Below, in pieces: positions 1 through 7,355 of a stretch of 10,608 bases of DNA. The notes under the pieces were generated by a model. It was not told the origin of the DNA and ran no database searches. It saw only the letters and a program-made list of their open reading frames with translations. Position 1 is the first letter of the stretch. Each line of letters opens with the position of its first letter. The translations under genes were made by a program, and so were the position numbers. Where the stretch lies: assembly GCA_965649055.1 (NCBI GenBank), contig CBFGJG010000060.1, positions 1 to 10,608 on the forward strand, in the 5' to 3' direction. This stretch comes from a candidate division WOR-3 bacterium. Lineage in GTDB: Bacteria; Hydrothermota; UBA3072; B12-G15.

Positions 1-313
1 TCCTTGTTCGCTGTCCTCTAACAGGAAGACTTTTTGCATGTCTTATGCCCCTATAACATTTCTTTATAATGAGCGATTTTATATTTTGCTTAACCTCAGC
101 CTTTAAAGCACCTTCAACTTTATAATTTGATTCAATCACCTTTCTTATTTTATCAATTTCTGTATCGCTTAATTCTTTAATTTTCTTCATTTTATCAACT
201 CCTGCTTCTTCAAGTATCTTAAGAGCAGAAGTTCTTCCAATTCCATAAATGTATGTAAGAGCAATAAAAGCCCTTTTATTTGCTGGAAGATCAACACCTG
301 CAATCCTTGCCAA
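1..313 (-). CDS. rpsM: 30S ribosomal protein uS13 (S13), 5' part; runs off the window's left edge
   Basis: Not in ORF track. Hand translation from TTG at 313: [30 protein letters not shown]...[40 protein letters not shown], with the S13 motifs [20 protein letters not shown] and [17 protein letters not shown] at 318-324. Canonical position after rpmJ. Confidence 0.98.
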   Translation of the reverse strand, partial: MARIAGVDLPANKRAFIALTYIYGIGRTSALKILEEAGVDKMKKIKELSDTEIDKIRKVIESNYKVEGALKAEVKQNIKSLIIKKCYRGIRHAKSLPVRGQRTR

Positions 314-317
314 TTTT

Positions 318-324
318 ACCTCCT
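318..324 (-). promoter_or_regulatory. Shine-Dalgarno site (AGGAGGT) for rpsM, overlapping the rpmJ stop
   Basis: Minus strand reads GGA TAG GAGGTAAAA TTG GCA. Confidence 0.85.
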
Positions 325-436
325 ATCCTTGTCTCTGTTTATGTTTTGGGTTTTTACATATAACCCTAACTATTCCTTTTCTCTTAATTATCTTGCAATG
401 TTGACATATTTTCTTCACCGATGCTCTAACTTTCAT
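323..436 (-). CDS. rpmJ: 50S ribosomal protein bL36 (L36), Zn-binding C+ form, 37 aa
   Basis: Not in ORF track (short). Hand translation: [37 protein letters not shown], with CxxC...C...H zinc ligands. SD AGGAGG at 441-446. Confidence 0.98.
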   Translation of the reverse strand: MKVRASVKKICQHCKIIKRKGIVRVICKNPKHKQRQG

Positions 437-440
437 AATT

Positions 441-446
441 CCTCCT
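441..446 (-). promoter_or_regulatory. Shine-Dalgarno site (AGGAGG) for rpmJ, overlapping the infA stop
   Basis: Minus strand reads AAA TAG GAGGAATT ATG AAA GTT. Confidence 0.8.
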
Positions 447-669
447 ATTTTTCCCTGTAAATAATTCTACCTTTTGTAAGGTCATAAGGTGATAATTCTA
501 CAATCACGGTATCACCTTCCTCTATTCTTATATAATTCATTCTCATTTTACCTGAAATATGAGCGAGGACAACAGGTTCACCACTTAATTCAAGTTTCAC
601 CTTAAATTTTGTATCTGGCAATTTTTCAATCACTTTACCTCTTACCTGTATTCCTTTAGTCTTCGCCAC
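445..669 (-). CDS. infA: Translation initiation factor IF-1
   Basis: 74 aa with [34 protein letters not shown] start overlaps the end of adk by 14 nt. Confidence 0.98.
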   Translation of the reverse strand: MAKTKGIQVRGKVIEKLPDTKFKVKLELSGEPVVLAHISGKMRMNYIRIEEGDTVIVELSPYDLTKGRIIYREK

Positions 670-1282
670 TTTTTATCAATTTTAAAATTTTTTGTTTTAC
701 CTGTTCAGGGTTTTCTACACCGTTAATGTTTCTTAGAATTGATTTCCTATTGTAATAATCAATAAGAGGTTTCGTCTCAACATAGTAAAGATCGATTCTC
801 TTTCTGATTGTCTCTTCATTATCATCATCCCTTTTCACCAAAGGACCACCACATTTATCGCAAATTCCTTCTTTTTTAGGTTTATAGGTCCTTAAGTTAT
901 AAATTGTGTTGCAATTTCTACATACAAATCTATCCAATAGTCTTTCTATTATAACATTATCATTTAAGGTAATATTTATCACATAATCAAGTTTGGAATT
1001 TTTAGAAGAAAGATATTCGTCAAGTAAAACAGCCTGCCTCTCATTCCTTGGGTATCCATCAAGTATGAAAGAGTTTTTATCTTTAATAAAATCTATAACA
1101 ACATTAAATACTACTTGATCAGGGACAAAACTACCTTCTCTTAATATTTTTTTTATTTCTAATTCAGTTGAATCTCTCAGTGCATCACCTGTAGACAAAT
1201 AAGGAATATTTAATTCCTCAGAAATTACTTTAGCCTGTGTTCCTTTTCCACTACCTGGTGGACCCAGGAAAATTAACTTCAT
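656..1282 (-). CDS. adk: Adenylate kinase, long LID with 4-Cys zinc motif
   Basis: P-loop [30 protein letters not shown]2-C-X16-C-X2-C (CRNC...CDKC), RDDD. Located directly after secY. Confidence 0.98.
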   Translation of the reverse strand: MKLIFLGPPGSGKGTQAKVISEELNIPYLSTGDALRDSTELEIKKILREGSFVPDQVVFNVVIDFIKDKNSFILDGYPRNERQAVLLDEYLSSKNSKLDYVINITLNDNVIIERLLDRFVCRNCNTIYNLRTYKPKKEGICDKCGGPLVKRDDDNEETIRKRIDLYYVETKPLIDYYNRKSILRNINGVENPEQVKQKILKLIKSGED

Positions 1283-2589
1283 CTTCTTCTTCCTCTAATC
1301 TTTCCCTTCTTTACAAAACCATCATAATGTCTCATTAGAAGCTGGCTTTCAAGCTGCTGAACTGTATCAAGTGCAACACCAACTACAATGAGAAGCGAGG
1401 TTCCGCCAAAATAAAACGGGAGGTGAAACTTGGTAATAAGTATAGATGGAAGAATCGCAATAAATGCAAAGAATATCGCTCCAGGTAATGTTATCCTTGA
1501 GATAATTTTATCAATATAATCTGCTGTCTGTTTTCCCGGTCTAATTCCAGGTATAAATCCACCGTATTTTTTCATATTCTCTGCAAGTTCCTGTGGATTT
1601 ATAACAATAGCAGTATAAACATAAGCAAAGACAATTATTAGCAACACATAAAAGAAATTGTAGAGGAAACTGCTCGGTGAAAAGAATTGCATAATTGTCT
1701 GAGCCCATCCATATTTATTGAATACGTTGGCAAACGTAGGAATGATCATAAGTGCTGATTGGGCAAATATAATAGGAATAACTCCTGCAGCGTTCACATT
1801 CAATGGCAAATGCGTGCTTTGACCACCATATATTTTTCCACCGATAACTCTTCTTGCGTATTGAACCTGAACCCTTCTCTGTGCTTGTGTTACTATAACC
1901 ACAGCAGCAATAATAAGAACAGCAAAGACAACAAAGAAGATTGCAAAAAGCCAGCTTCTAATGCCTGTTGTAAGTTCTCTAATGAACACTATCATCTCAT
2001 TAGGGAATCTCGCAAGTATACCTATCATAATTATTAGAGAAATTCCGTTTCCAATACCTTTATCAGTAATCAGTTCACCTAACCACATAACAAATATAGT
2101 TCCGGCAGTCATAGTAACTATAGTTGAAAAAACAAAAAGAGAACCCGGATAAGGAACAACTGCCTGACCAGATGCATTTAGGCTTTGAAGGAATGCTGAA
2201 ATACCAAATGAATTTATTGCTGCAAGAAAAACAGTCAAATATCTTGTATGTTGGTTCATTTTTCTTCTTCCTTCTTCACCTTCTTTTGCAAGTTTTTGAT
2301 AATATGGTATGGTAACACCAAGTATTTGTAAAATAATGGATGCGCTTATATAAGGCATTATTCCAAGCGCAAAAATAGTAGCCCTGCTTAAATTACCACC
2401 GACAAAAACATCATAAAGACCTAATACAGAACCTTTCATACTTTCGAATGCTGCTGTTAAGGCTTTTGTGTTTACACCCGGACAGGGAATATGACTTCCA
2501 ATTCTGTAAACTATCAATATAATTATTGTAAATATTATCTTCTTTCTCAAATCAGGTATCTTCCAAATATCACCAAATGCCCTTATCAT
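1279..2589 (-). CDS. secY: Preprotein translocase subunit SecY
   Basis: 436 aa multi-pass hydrophobic protein with IFALGIMPYISASII, WLGELIT.KGIGNGISL, AGVIPIIFA, GGFIPGIRPG, GGTSLLIVVGV. Located after rplO. Confidence 0.99.
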   Translation of the reverse strand: MIRAFGDIWKIPDLRKKIIFTIIILIVYRIGSHIPCPGVNTKALTAAFESMKGSVLGLYDVFVGGNLSRATIFALGIMPYISASIILQILGVTIPYYQKLAKEGEEGRRKMNQHTRYLTVFLAAINSFGISAFLQSLNASGQAVVPYPGSLFVFSTIVTMTAGTIFVMWLGELITDKGIGNGISLIIMIGILARFPNEMIVFIRELTTGIRSWLFAIFFVVFAVLIIAAVVIVTQAQRRVQVQYARRVIGGKIYGGQSTHLPLNVNAAGVIPIIFAQSALMIIPTFANVFNKYGWAQTIMQFFSPSSFLYNFFYVLLIIVFAYVYTAIVINPQELAENMKKYGGFIPGIRPGKQTADYIDKIISRITLPGAIFFAFIAILPSILITKFHLPFYFGGTSLLIVVGVALDTVQQLESQLLMRHYDGFVKKGKIRGRRR

Positions 2590-3026
2590 ATTAACCTTAC
2601 CTCTCCACCTTTTTGTTTTATTTTTTCTTCAGCGGATTTAGAAAATTTGTTTGCAAATACTATTAATTTCTTCTCTAAATCTCCTTTACCAAGTATTTTT
2701 ACTGGATAATTACCTGAAATTAATCTTCTTTCCTTCATCTTCTCAACTGTCACTTCTTCACCTTCTTCAAATTTATTCAATTGATTAAGATTAACTATGT
2801 CATAAATTGTTTTGAATGGATTTGAGAAACCTCTTTTAGGTATTCTTCTTATCAATGGCATCTGTCCACCTTCAAACCCTTTTCCCTTTGTTCCACCACT
2901 TCTCGCCTTCTGCCCTTTATCTCCCCTTCCTGAAGTTTTACCATGCCCTGAACCTGAACCTCTACCAAGTCTTTTCTTTTTCTTTACTGCACCTTTGGGT
3001 GGCCTTAGATTCCACAATTCAACCAT
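2586..3026 (-). CDS. rplO: 50S ribosomal protein uL15 (L15)
   Basis: RLGRGSGSGHGKTSGRG.KGQKARSG, GFEGGQMPL.RR.PKRGF, VKILGKG, FSKSAEEKI...GG. Confidence 0.99.
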   Translation of the reverse strand: MVELWNLRPPKGAVKKKKRLGRGSGSGHGKTSGRGDKGQKARSGGTKGKGFEGGQMPLIRRIPKRGFSNPFKTIYDIVNLNQLNKFEEGEEVTVEKMKERRLISGNYPVKILGKGDLEKKLIVFANKFSKSAEEKIKQKGGEVRLI

Positions 3027-3207
3027 CTATCTCCTCCACTTTTAATAAATGTTTCACCTTCTCTATCATTCCCCTGACCTGTTGATTGTCCGGTAATATA
3101 ACCTTTCTATGCAGTTTTCTTAGTCCTAACGCCTTCACAGTCCTTTTCTGTTTTTCAGGAATATCAATAACACTTTTTATTAATTCAACCTTCAGCATTC
3201 TGGGCAC
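3019..3207 (-). CDS. rpmD: 50S ribosomal protein uL30 (L30)
   Basis: L.KS.I....KQKRTVKALGLRKL, RGMI.KV.HLL. GTG at 3207 lies 7 nt after a GGAGG. An in-frame ATG at 3198 is an alternative start. Confidence 0.96.
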   Translation of the reverse strand: MPRMLKVELIKSVIDIPEKQKRTVKALGLRKLHRKVILPDNQQVRGMIEKVKHLLKVEEIDG

Positions 3208-3727
3208 CTTTCAACCTCCCTTCAAAGATATCCTTGTGTCTTATTTTTTTCACCATTTCAGGTGTTTTCATATTCTGCAATCCTAAAAACACTGCCTTCA
3301 CAAGATTAACAGTTGTAGAAGAACCGAGTGATTTAGTTAAGACATCTTTCACCCCACCAAGATCAAATACTGCTCTCACTGCATCACAGGCAATTATTCC
3401 CGTTCCAGGTGATGCAGGTTTCATTATTATCTTACTCGCTTTATATTTTGATACAATTTCATGTGGGATAGTATTTTTAATTATCGGGATCTTTATTATA
3501 TTCTTTCTTGCATTCTCTTTCGCTTTTCTGACTGCATCAGGCACTTCAAGTGCTTTCCCGTGTCCGAGACCTACATAACCATTTCTATCACCAATAACAA
3601 CCCATGCTGAAAATTTGAACCTTTTCCCTCCTTTTACAACCTTTGCAACCCTTGCAACATAGATAGTTTTTTCTTCAAGATTAAGATTTCTTGGATCTAT
3701 GTTCTCTCTTTTCTTTTTTAATATCAT
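3185..3727 (-). CDS. rpsE: 30S ribosomal protein uS5 (S5)
   Basis: RVAKVVKGGKRF.F, VVIGD.NG.VG.G.GKA.EVP.A, TIPHE, PASPGTGIIA. Start set at ATG 3727 rather than the track's TTG 3730, because the TTG directly abuts the SD AGGAGGT (3731-3737). Confidence 0.98.
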   Translation of the reverse strand: MILKKKRENIDPRNLNLEEKTIYVARVAKVVKGGKRFKFSAWVVIGDRNGYVGLGHGKALEVPDAVRKAKENARKNIIKIPIIKNTIPHEIVSKYKASKIIMKPASPGTGIIACDAVRAVFDLGGVKDVLTKSLGSSTTVNLVKAVFLGLQNMKTPEMVKKIRHKDIFEGRLKGAQNAEG

Positions 3728-3730
3728 CAA

Positions 3731-3737
3731 ACCTCCT
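3731..3737 (-). promoter_or_regulatory. Shine-Dalgarno site (AGGAGGT) for rpsE
   Basis: Minus strand reads TTT TAG GAGGT TTG ATG ATA. Confidence 0.8.
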
Positions 3738-4104
3738 AAAATTTCAGACCTGATTTTCTTGCGCCATCCGCAACTGCTTTAACTCTACCATGGTATTTAA
3801 ATCCGCCTCTGTCAAAAACAACCTCTTTTAACCCCTTTTCAATTGCGAGTTTTCCCACCATTTCACCTAAAATGAATGCCTGTTCAGTTTTTTTCTTACC
3901 TTTTATTTTCTCTTTAACATCTTTACTCAATGTGGAAAGGCCTAAAATTGTTTCGCCTCTGATATCGTCAATTATCTGAACATACATATGTTTCAAACTT
4001 TTGAACACTGAGAATCTCGGTTTTTCTTGTGTTCCAATAATCTTCTTTCTTATCCTGTTATGTCTTCTTTTCCTCTTAATAATCCTCTCTTTTGCAGTAT
4101 TCAA
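3736..4104 (-). CDS. rplR: 50S ribosomal protein uL18 (L18)
   Basis: RH.RIRKKI.GT..KPR.SVFKS.KH.YVQIIDD, VVFDRGGFKYHGRVKAVADGARKSGLKF. TTG start preceded by AAGGAGTG inside the end of rplF. Confidence 0.99.
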   Translation of the reverse strand: MNTAKERIIKRKRRHNRIRKKIIGTQEKPRFSVFKSLKHMYVQIIDDIRGETILGLSTLSKDVKEKIKGKKKTEQAFILGEMVGKLAIEKGLKEVVFDRGGFKYHGRVKAVADGARKSGLKF

Positions 4105-4105
4105 G

Positions 4106-4657
4106 TTACACTCCTTTCTTTACTTCTTTTCTTCTTATATATTCCCCTTTATATCTTATACCTTTACCCTGATAAGGTTCTGGTTCTCTATAATTCCTTA
4201 TAGTTGCAGCCATAAGACCGACTTTTTCTTTATCAATACCTTTCACAATAATTTGGGGTATCTTTGTATTCTCATCTATCTCGACACTTATATCAACACC
4301 ATCAATAGGAGTAACTATTACTGGATGACTGAAACCAAGGAGAAGTTTGAGATTTTTTCCCTGCATCTCTGCTTTATATCCAATACCGTGCACCTCAAGT
4401 ACTTTCATATATCCTTCCTGGACGCCTTTTATCATATTACTTATAAGTGCACGTGTGAGCCCGTGTAATTCTTTCTGTTTTTTTGAATCGTCTTTCCTTG
4501 TTATAACAATTGAATTATCTTTCATTTCAATTTTTATATCATTTGAGAATTCTTTTTCCAATTCACCTAATTTTCCTTTGACCTTTATCCTATTTCCGTT
4601 GATTTCAATCTTTACATCCTGTGGAACTGGTATTGGTTTTTTTCCTATCCTTGACAT
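4106..4657 (-). CDS. rplF: 50S ribosomal protein uL6 (L6)
   Basis: MSRIGKKPI, HGLTRALISNM..GV..G, G.GYKA, LGFSHPV, PEPYQGKGIRY. Confidence 0.99.
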   Translation of the reverse strand: MSRIGKKPIPVPQDVKIEINGNRIKVKGKLGELEKEFSNDIKIEMKDNSIVITRKDDSKKQKELHGLTRALISNMIKGVQEGYMKVLEVHGIGYKAEMQGKNLKLLLGFSHPVIVTPIDGVDISVEIDENTKIPQIIVKGIDKEKVGLMAATIRNYREPEPYQGKGIRYKGEYIRRKEVKKGV

Positions 4658-4661
4658 TTAT

Positions 4662-4667
4662 CCTCCT
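4662..4667 (-). promoter_or_regulatory. Shine-Dalgarno site (AGGAGG) for rplF
   Basis: Minus strand reads TGG TGA GGAGGATAA ATG TCA. Confidence 0.8.
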
Positions 4668-5059
4668 CACCAGACAGTTAAAAGAAGTTCTCCACCTGTA
4701 TTTTCCTTTCTTGCCTTTTCCCCTGTCATAATACCTTTTGAAGTTGAAAGAATCGCAACACCATATCCGTTCTTTACAACAGGTATTTTGTCAACATTAA
4801 CATAAACCCTTCTTGAAGGTTTTGAAACCCTCTCTAACTTTGTAATGGCAGGTATACCATCAACATATTTCAATGTTATAATAATTTTGTTTTTTGTCTT
4901 ATCTTCAGTAAATTCATAATTTGCAATGAAACCTTCTTCAAAAAGAATCCTGACAATTTCCCTCTTAATATTAGAAATAGGAATTTCCACCGTTTTTTTC
5001 TTTGCCCTTGAAGCATTATTAATCTTGGTTATCATATCACTGATTGGATCTTGTAGCAT
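4667..5059 (-). CDS. rpsH: 30S ribosomal protein uS8 (S8)
   Basis: DPISDM, L.EEGFI, LKY, RVSKP.RRVY, G.GVAILSTSKGIMT...AR....GGE....VW. Confidence 0.98.
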   Translation of the reverse strand: MLQDPISDMITKINNASRAKKKTVEIPISNIKREIVRILFEEGFIANYEFTEDKTKNKIIITLKYVDGIPAITKLERVSKPSRRVYVNVDKIPVVKNGYGVAILSTSKGIMTGEKARKENTGGELLLTVW

Positions 5060-5063
5060 TGTG

Positions 5064-5071
5064 CCTCCTTA
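5064..5071 (-). promoter_or_regulatory. Shine-Dalgarno site (TAAGGAGG) for rpsH
   Basis: Minus strand reads TGG TAA GGAGGCACA ATG CTA. Confidence 0.85.
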
Positions 5072-5254
5072 CCAACTTGCTTTCTTAACCCCAGGAATTT
5101 CCCCTTTTAAAGCAAGTTCCCTTAAACAAATTCTACAGAGACCGAAATCTCTGTAATAACCTCTTGGTCTTCCACATCTTGAACATCTATTTTTCTTTCT
5201 TACTTTAAACTTAGGGGTCTTCTGGGCCTTTAAAATCATAGATTTTCTTGCCAT
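5069..5254 (-). CDS. rpsN: 30S ribosomal protein uS14, short Zn-binding type Z (C+; also named rpsZ)
   Basis: 61 aa with [10 protein letters not shown]....[23 protein letters not shown], carrying two CxxC pairs. Confidence 0.99.
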   Translation of the reverse strand: MARKSMILKAQKTPKFKVRKKNRCSRCGRPRGYYRDFGLCRICLRELALKGEIPGVKKASW

Positions 5255-5815
5255 TTATTTTACCTCCGATTTTCTGAATGGAATACCTAAAAGTGTAAGA
5301 AATTCCTTTGCTTCCTCGTCATTTTTTGCAGTTGTAACAAAGGTTATATCCATTCCAAAAATGTTTTGAACTTTATCAAATTCAATCTCTGGAAATATGA
5401 GTTGTTCAGTAATGCCAAATGTGTAATTACCTCTACCATCAAAGGAATCAGGTGATAGTCCTCTAAAATCTCTAATCCTTGGTATTGCAACATTCACTAA
5501 TCTATCAAAAAATTCATACATCCTATCACCTCTAAGGGTCACTTTGAGTCCTATTGGCATACCTTTTCTTATCTTGAAATTTGAGACTGCCTTTTTTGCC
5601 CTTGTTATTACTGGTTTCTGACCGGTTATGATAGAAATATCCCTTATAAGGTTATCCATCAATTTATTGTCCCTTGCTATTTCACCTGCTCCACAATTTA
5701 TTACTATCTTCACAAGTTTTGGACATTCGAAAACATTCTTATAACCAAATTTTTTCATCATCTCTTTTAACACAACATCATAGTAATATTTCTTTATCCT
5801 TGGAATATATTTCAT
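5255..5815 (-). CDS. rplE: 50S ribosomal protein uL5 (L5)
   Basis: [60 protein letters not shown]. Start set at ATG 5815, because the track's GTG 5821 is part of the SD GAGGTGA. Confidence 0.99.
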   Translation of the reverse strand: MKYIPRIKKYYYDVVLKEMMKKFGYKNVFECPKLVKIVINCGAGEIARDNKLMDNLIRDISIITGQKPVITRAKKAVSNFKIRKGMPIGLKVTLRGDRMYEFFDRLVNVAIPRIRDFRGLSPDSFDGRGNYTFGITEQLIFPEIEFDKVQNIFGMDITFVTTAKNDEEAKEFLTLLGIPFRKSEVK

Positions 5816-5823
5816 ATTCACCT

Positions 5824-6135
5824 CTAATCTATAACTTCTTTACATTTTTTACAATATCTTACTCTTTTACCATCCTGAAGCCTTGTTCTTCCAACCCTTG
5901 CCGGTTTTTTACACCTTGGGCATACAAGCAATACATTAGAAATATCTATTCCAGCCTCTATTTCCATTATACCACCCTGTTCTCCCATCCTTCTCGGTTT
6001 AGTATGTTTTCTAACAAAATTAACACCTTCAACTATTACCTTTTTTTTCTTAATATCTACAAATTTAATCTTTCCTTTTTTCCCTTTATCATCACCGGAT
6101 AACACAACCACAAGATCACCTTTTTTCAGATTCAT
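5824..6135 (-). CDS. rplX: 50S ribosomal protein uL24 (L24), Cys-rich C-terminus
   Basis: KOW motif [39 protein letters not shown], followed by CPRC...CKKC. Confidence 0.99.
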   Translation of the reverse strand: MNLKKGDLVVVLSGDDKGKKGKIKFVDIKKKKVIVEGVNFVRKHTKPRRMGEQGGIMEIEAGIDISNVLLVCPRCKKPARVGRTRLQDGKRVRYCKKCKEVID

Positions 6136-6500
6136 ACAACCTCCGCTGCGAGTGAAATAATCTTTGTAAATTTCTTATCCCTCAATTCTCTTCCTACAGG
6201 TCCAAAAACCCTGGTTCCTTTTGGTTCATTATTCTGGTCTATCAATACACAAGCATTCTCATCAAACCTGATGTAAGTTCCATCTTCTCTTCTTAGTTCT
6301 TTTTTAGTCCTTACTATCACTGCTTTATGAATAGTTCCTTCTTTTATAGGGCTTGCCGGTATGGCGTCTTTTATTGTAACAACAATAATATCTCCTATAG
6401 TTCCATATCTTCTATGAGAACCACCCATAACTTTCACGCACATTGCTTTTTTAGCACCTGTGTTGTCGGCAACTACTAATCTTGAATATTCCTGAATCAT
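6132..6500 (-). CDS. rplN: 50S ribosomal protein uL14 (L14)
   Basis: [54 protein letters not shown]. Confidence 0.99.
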   Translation of the reverse strand: MIQEYSRLVVADNTGAKKAMCVKVMGGSHRRYGTIGDIIVVTIKDAIPASPIKEGTIHKAVIVRTKKELRREDGTYIRFDENACVLIDQNNEPKGTRVFGPVGRELRDKKFTKIISLAAEVV

Positions 6501-6748
6501 ACATCACCTACCTCTCTTTTTATAATCTTATGGAGATTCCATCTTTTCCTTTTTGAGATCGGTCTTGTCTCTATAATTTCAACAATATCACCTATATTAG
6601 CCTCATTCTTTTCGTCGTGAGCCATAAGTTTATTTTTTTTCTTTATATATTTTTTATAAAGCGGGTGTTTAAAAATTCTTTCTACTTCTACAACAATTGT
6701 CTTATCAGCCTTATTACTAACCACTTTACCAATCCTTTTCTTTTTCAT
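6497..6748 (-). CDS. rpsQ: 30S ribosomal protein uS17 (S17)
   Basis: G.VVSNK.DKTIVV.VE...HPLYKK, AHDE.N....[14 protein letters not shown]. Confidence 0.99.
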   Translation of the reverse strand: MKKKRIGKVVSNKADKTIVVEVERIFKHPLYKKYIKKKNKLMAHDEKNEANIGDIVEIIETRPISKRKRWNLHKIIKREVGDV

Positions 6749-6939
6749 ATCTTCATCCCCTTTTCTCTCATCACAGTTAGAATTCTTGCTATATCCTTTT
6801 TAACCCTTTTGAATTCGGCAGGACTTGCAAGGTTCCCCATTGTCTTCTGGAATCTCAAATTAAACAGATTCTCCTTTAGTTCATGGAGTTTAGACTGAAG
6901 TTCCTTTTCGTTCAGTTCCCTCAATTCTTTTGCTTTCAT
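6745..6939 (-). CDS. rpmC: 50S ribosomal protein uL29 (L29)
   Basis: MKAKELR....EL, LFNLRFQ...[12 protein letters not shown]. Located between rplP and rpsQ. Confidence 0.98.
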   Translation of the reverse strand: MKAKELRELNEKELQSKLHELKENLFNLRFQKTMGNLASPAEFKRVKKDIARILTVMREKGMKI

Positions 6940-7355
6940 TATAACACCCCTTCTCTCTTTACAAATTTTGTCTTCATTGGGAGTTTTGAAGCACCGAGTT
7001 TTAATGCCTTTTTTGCAGTTTCCTCATCAACACCTGTTAATTCAAATATTATTCTGCACCTTTTTACCACAGCAACCCAGTATTCGGGATTACCTTTTCC
7101 CTTACCCATCCTTGTCTCGGCAGGTTTTTTTGTGACGGGTTTATCAGGGAAAATTCTTATCCATAATTTTCCGCTTTTCTTCAAATATCTTGTTATTGCA
7201 ACCCTTGCTGCTTCTATCTGATTTGCCTTAACCCAAGCTGATTCTAATGCCTGAAGCCCGTATTCTCCAAAATCAAGTTGTTTGGCACCTTTAGATAGAC
7301 CTTTTCTTCTACCACGTTGTTGTTTTCTGAATTTTACCCTTGCTGGCATTAACAT
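6939..7355 (-). CDS. rplP: 50S ribosomal protein uL16 (L16)
   Basis: [67 protein letters not shown]. Confidence 0.99.
   Translation of the reverse strand: MLMPARVKFRKQQRGRRKGLSKGAKQLDFGEYGLQALESAWVKANQIEAARVAITRYLKKSGKLWIRIFPDKPVTKKPAETRMGKGKGNPEYWVAVVKRCRIIFELTGVDEETAKKALKLGASKLPMKTKFVKREGVL

Noticed and set aside
314..444. The apparent gap in the ORF track left of infA as a regulatory leader or alpha-operon promoter
   Set aside because: It is filled by rpmJ (323-436) and two SD sites, and 1-313 is rpsM.
1147..6640. A8 homopolymer runs on the coding strand (in adk at 1147-1154, rplX at 6041-6048, rpsQ at 6633-6640) as frameshift or phase-variation sites
   Set aside because: They are consecutive Lys codons in an AT-rich genome. 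All three genes are full length in one frame, and I saw no downstream stimulatory structure or useful alternative frame.
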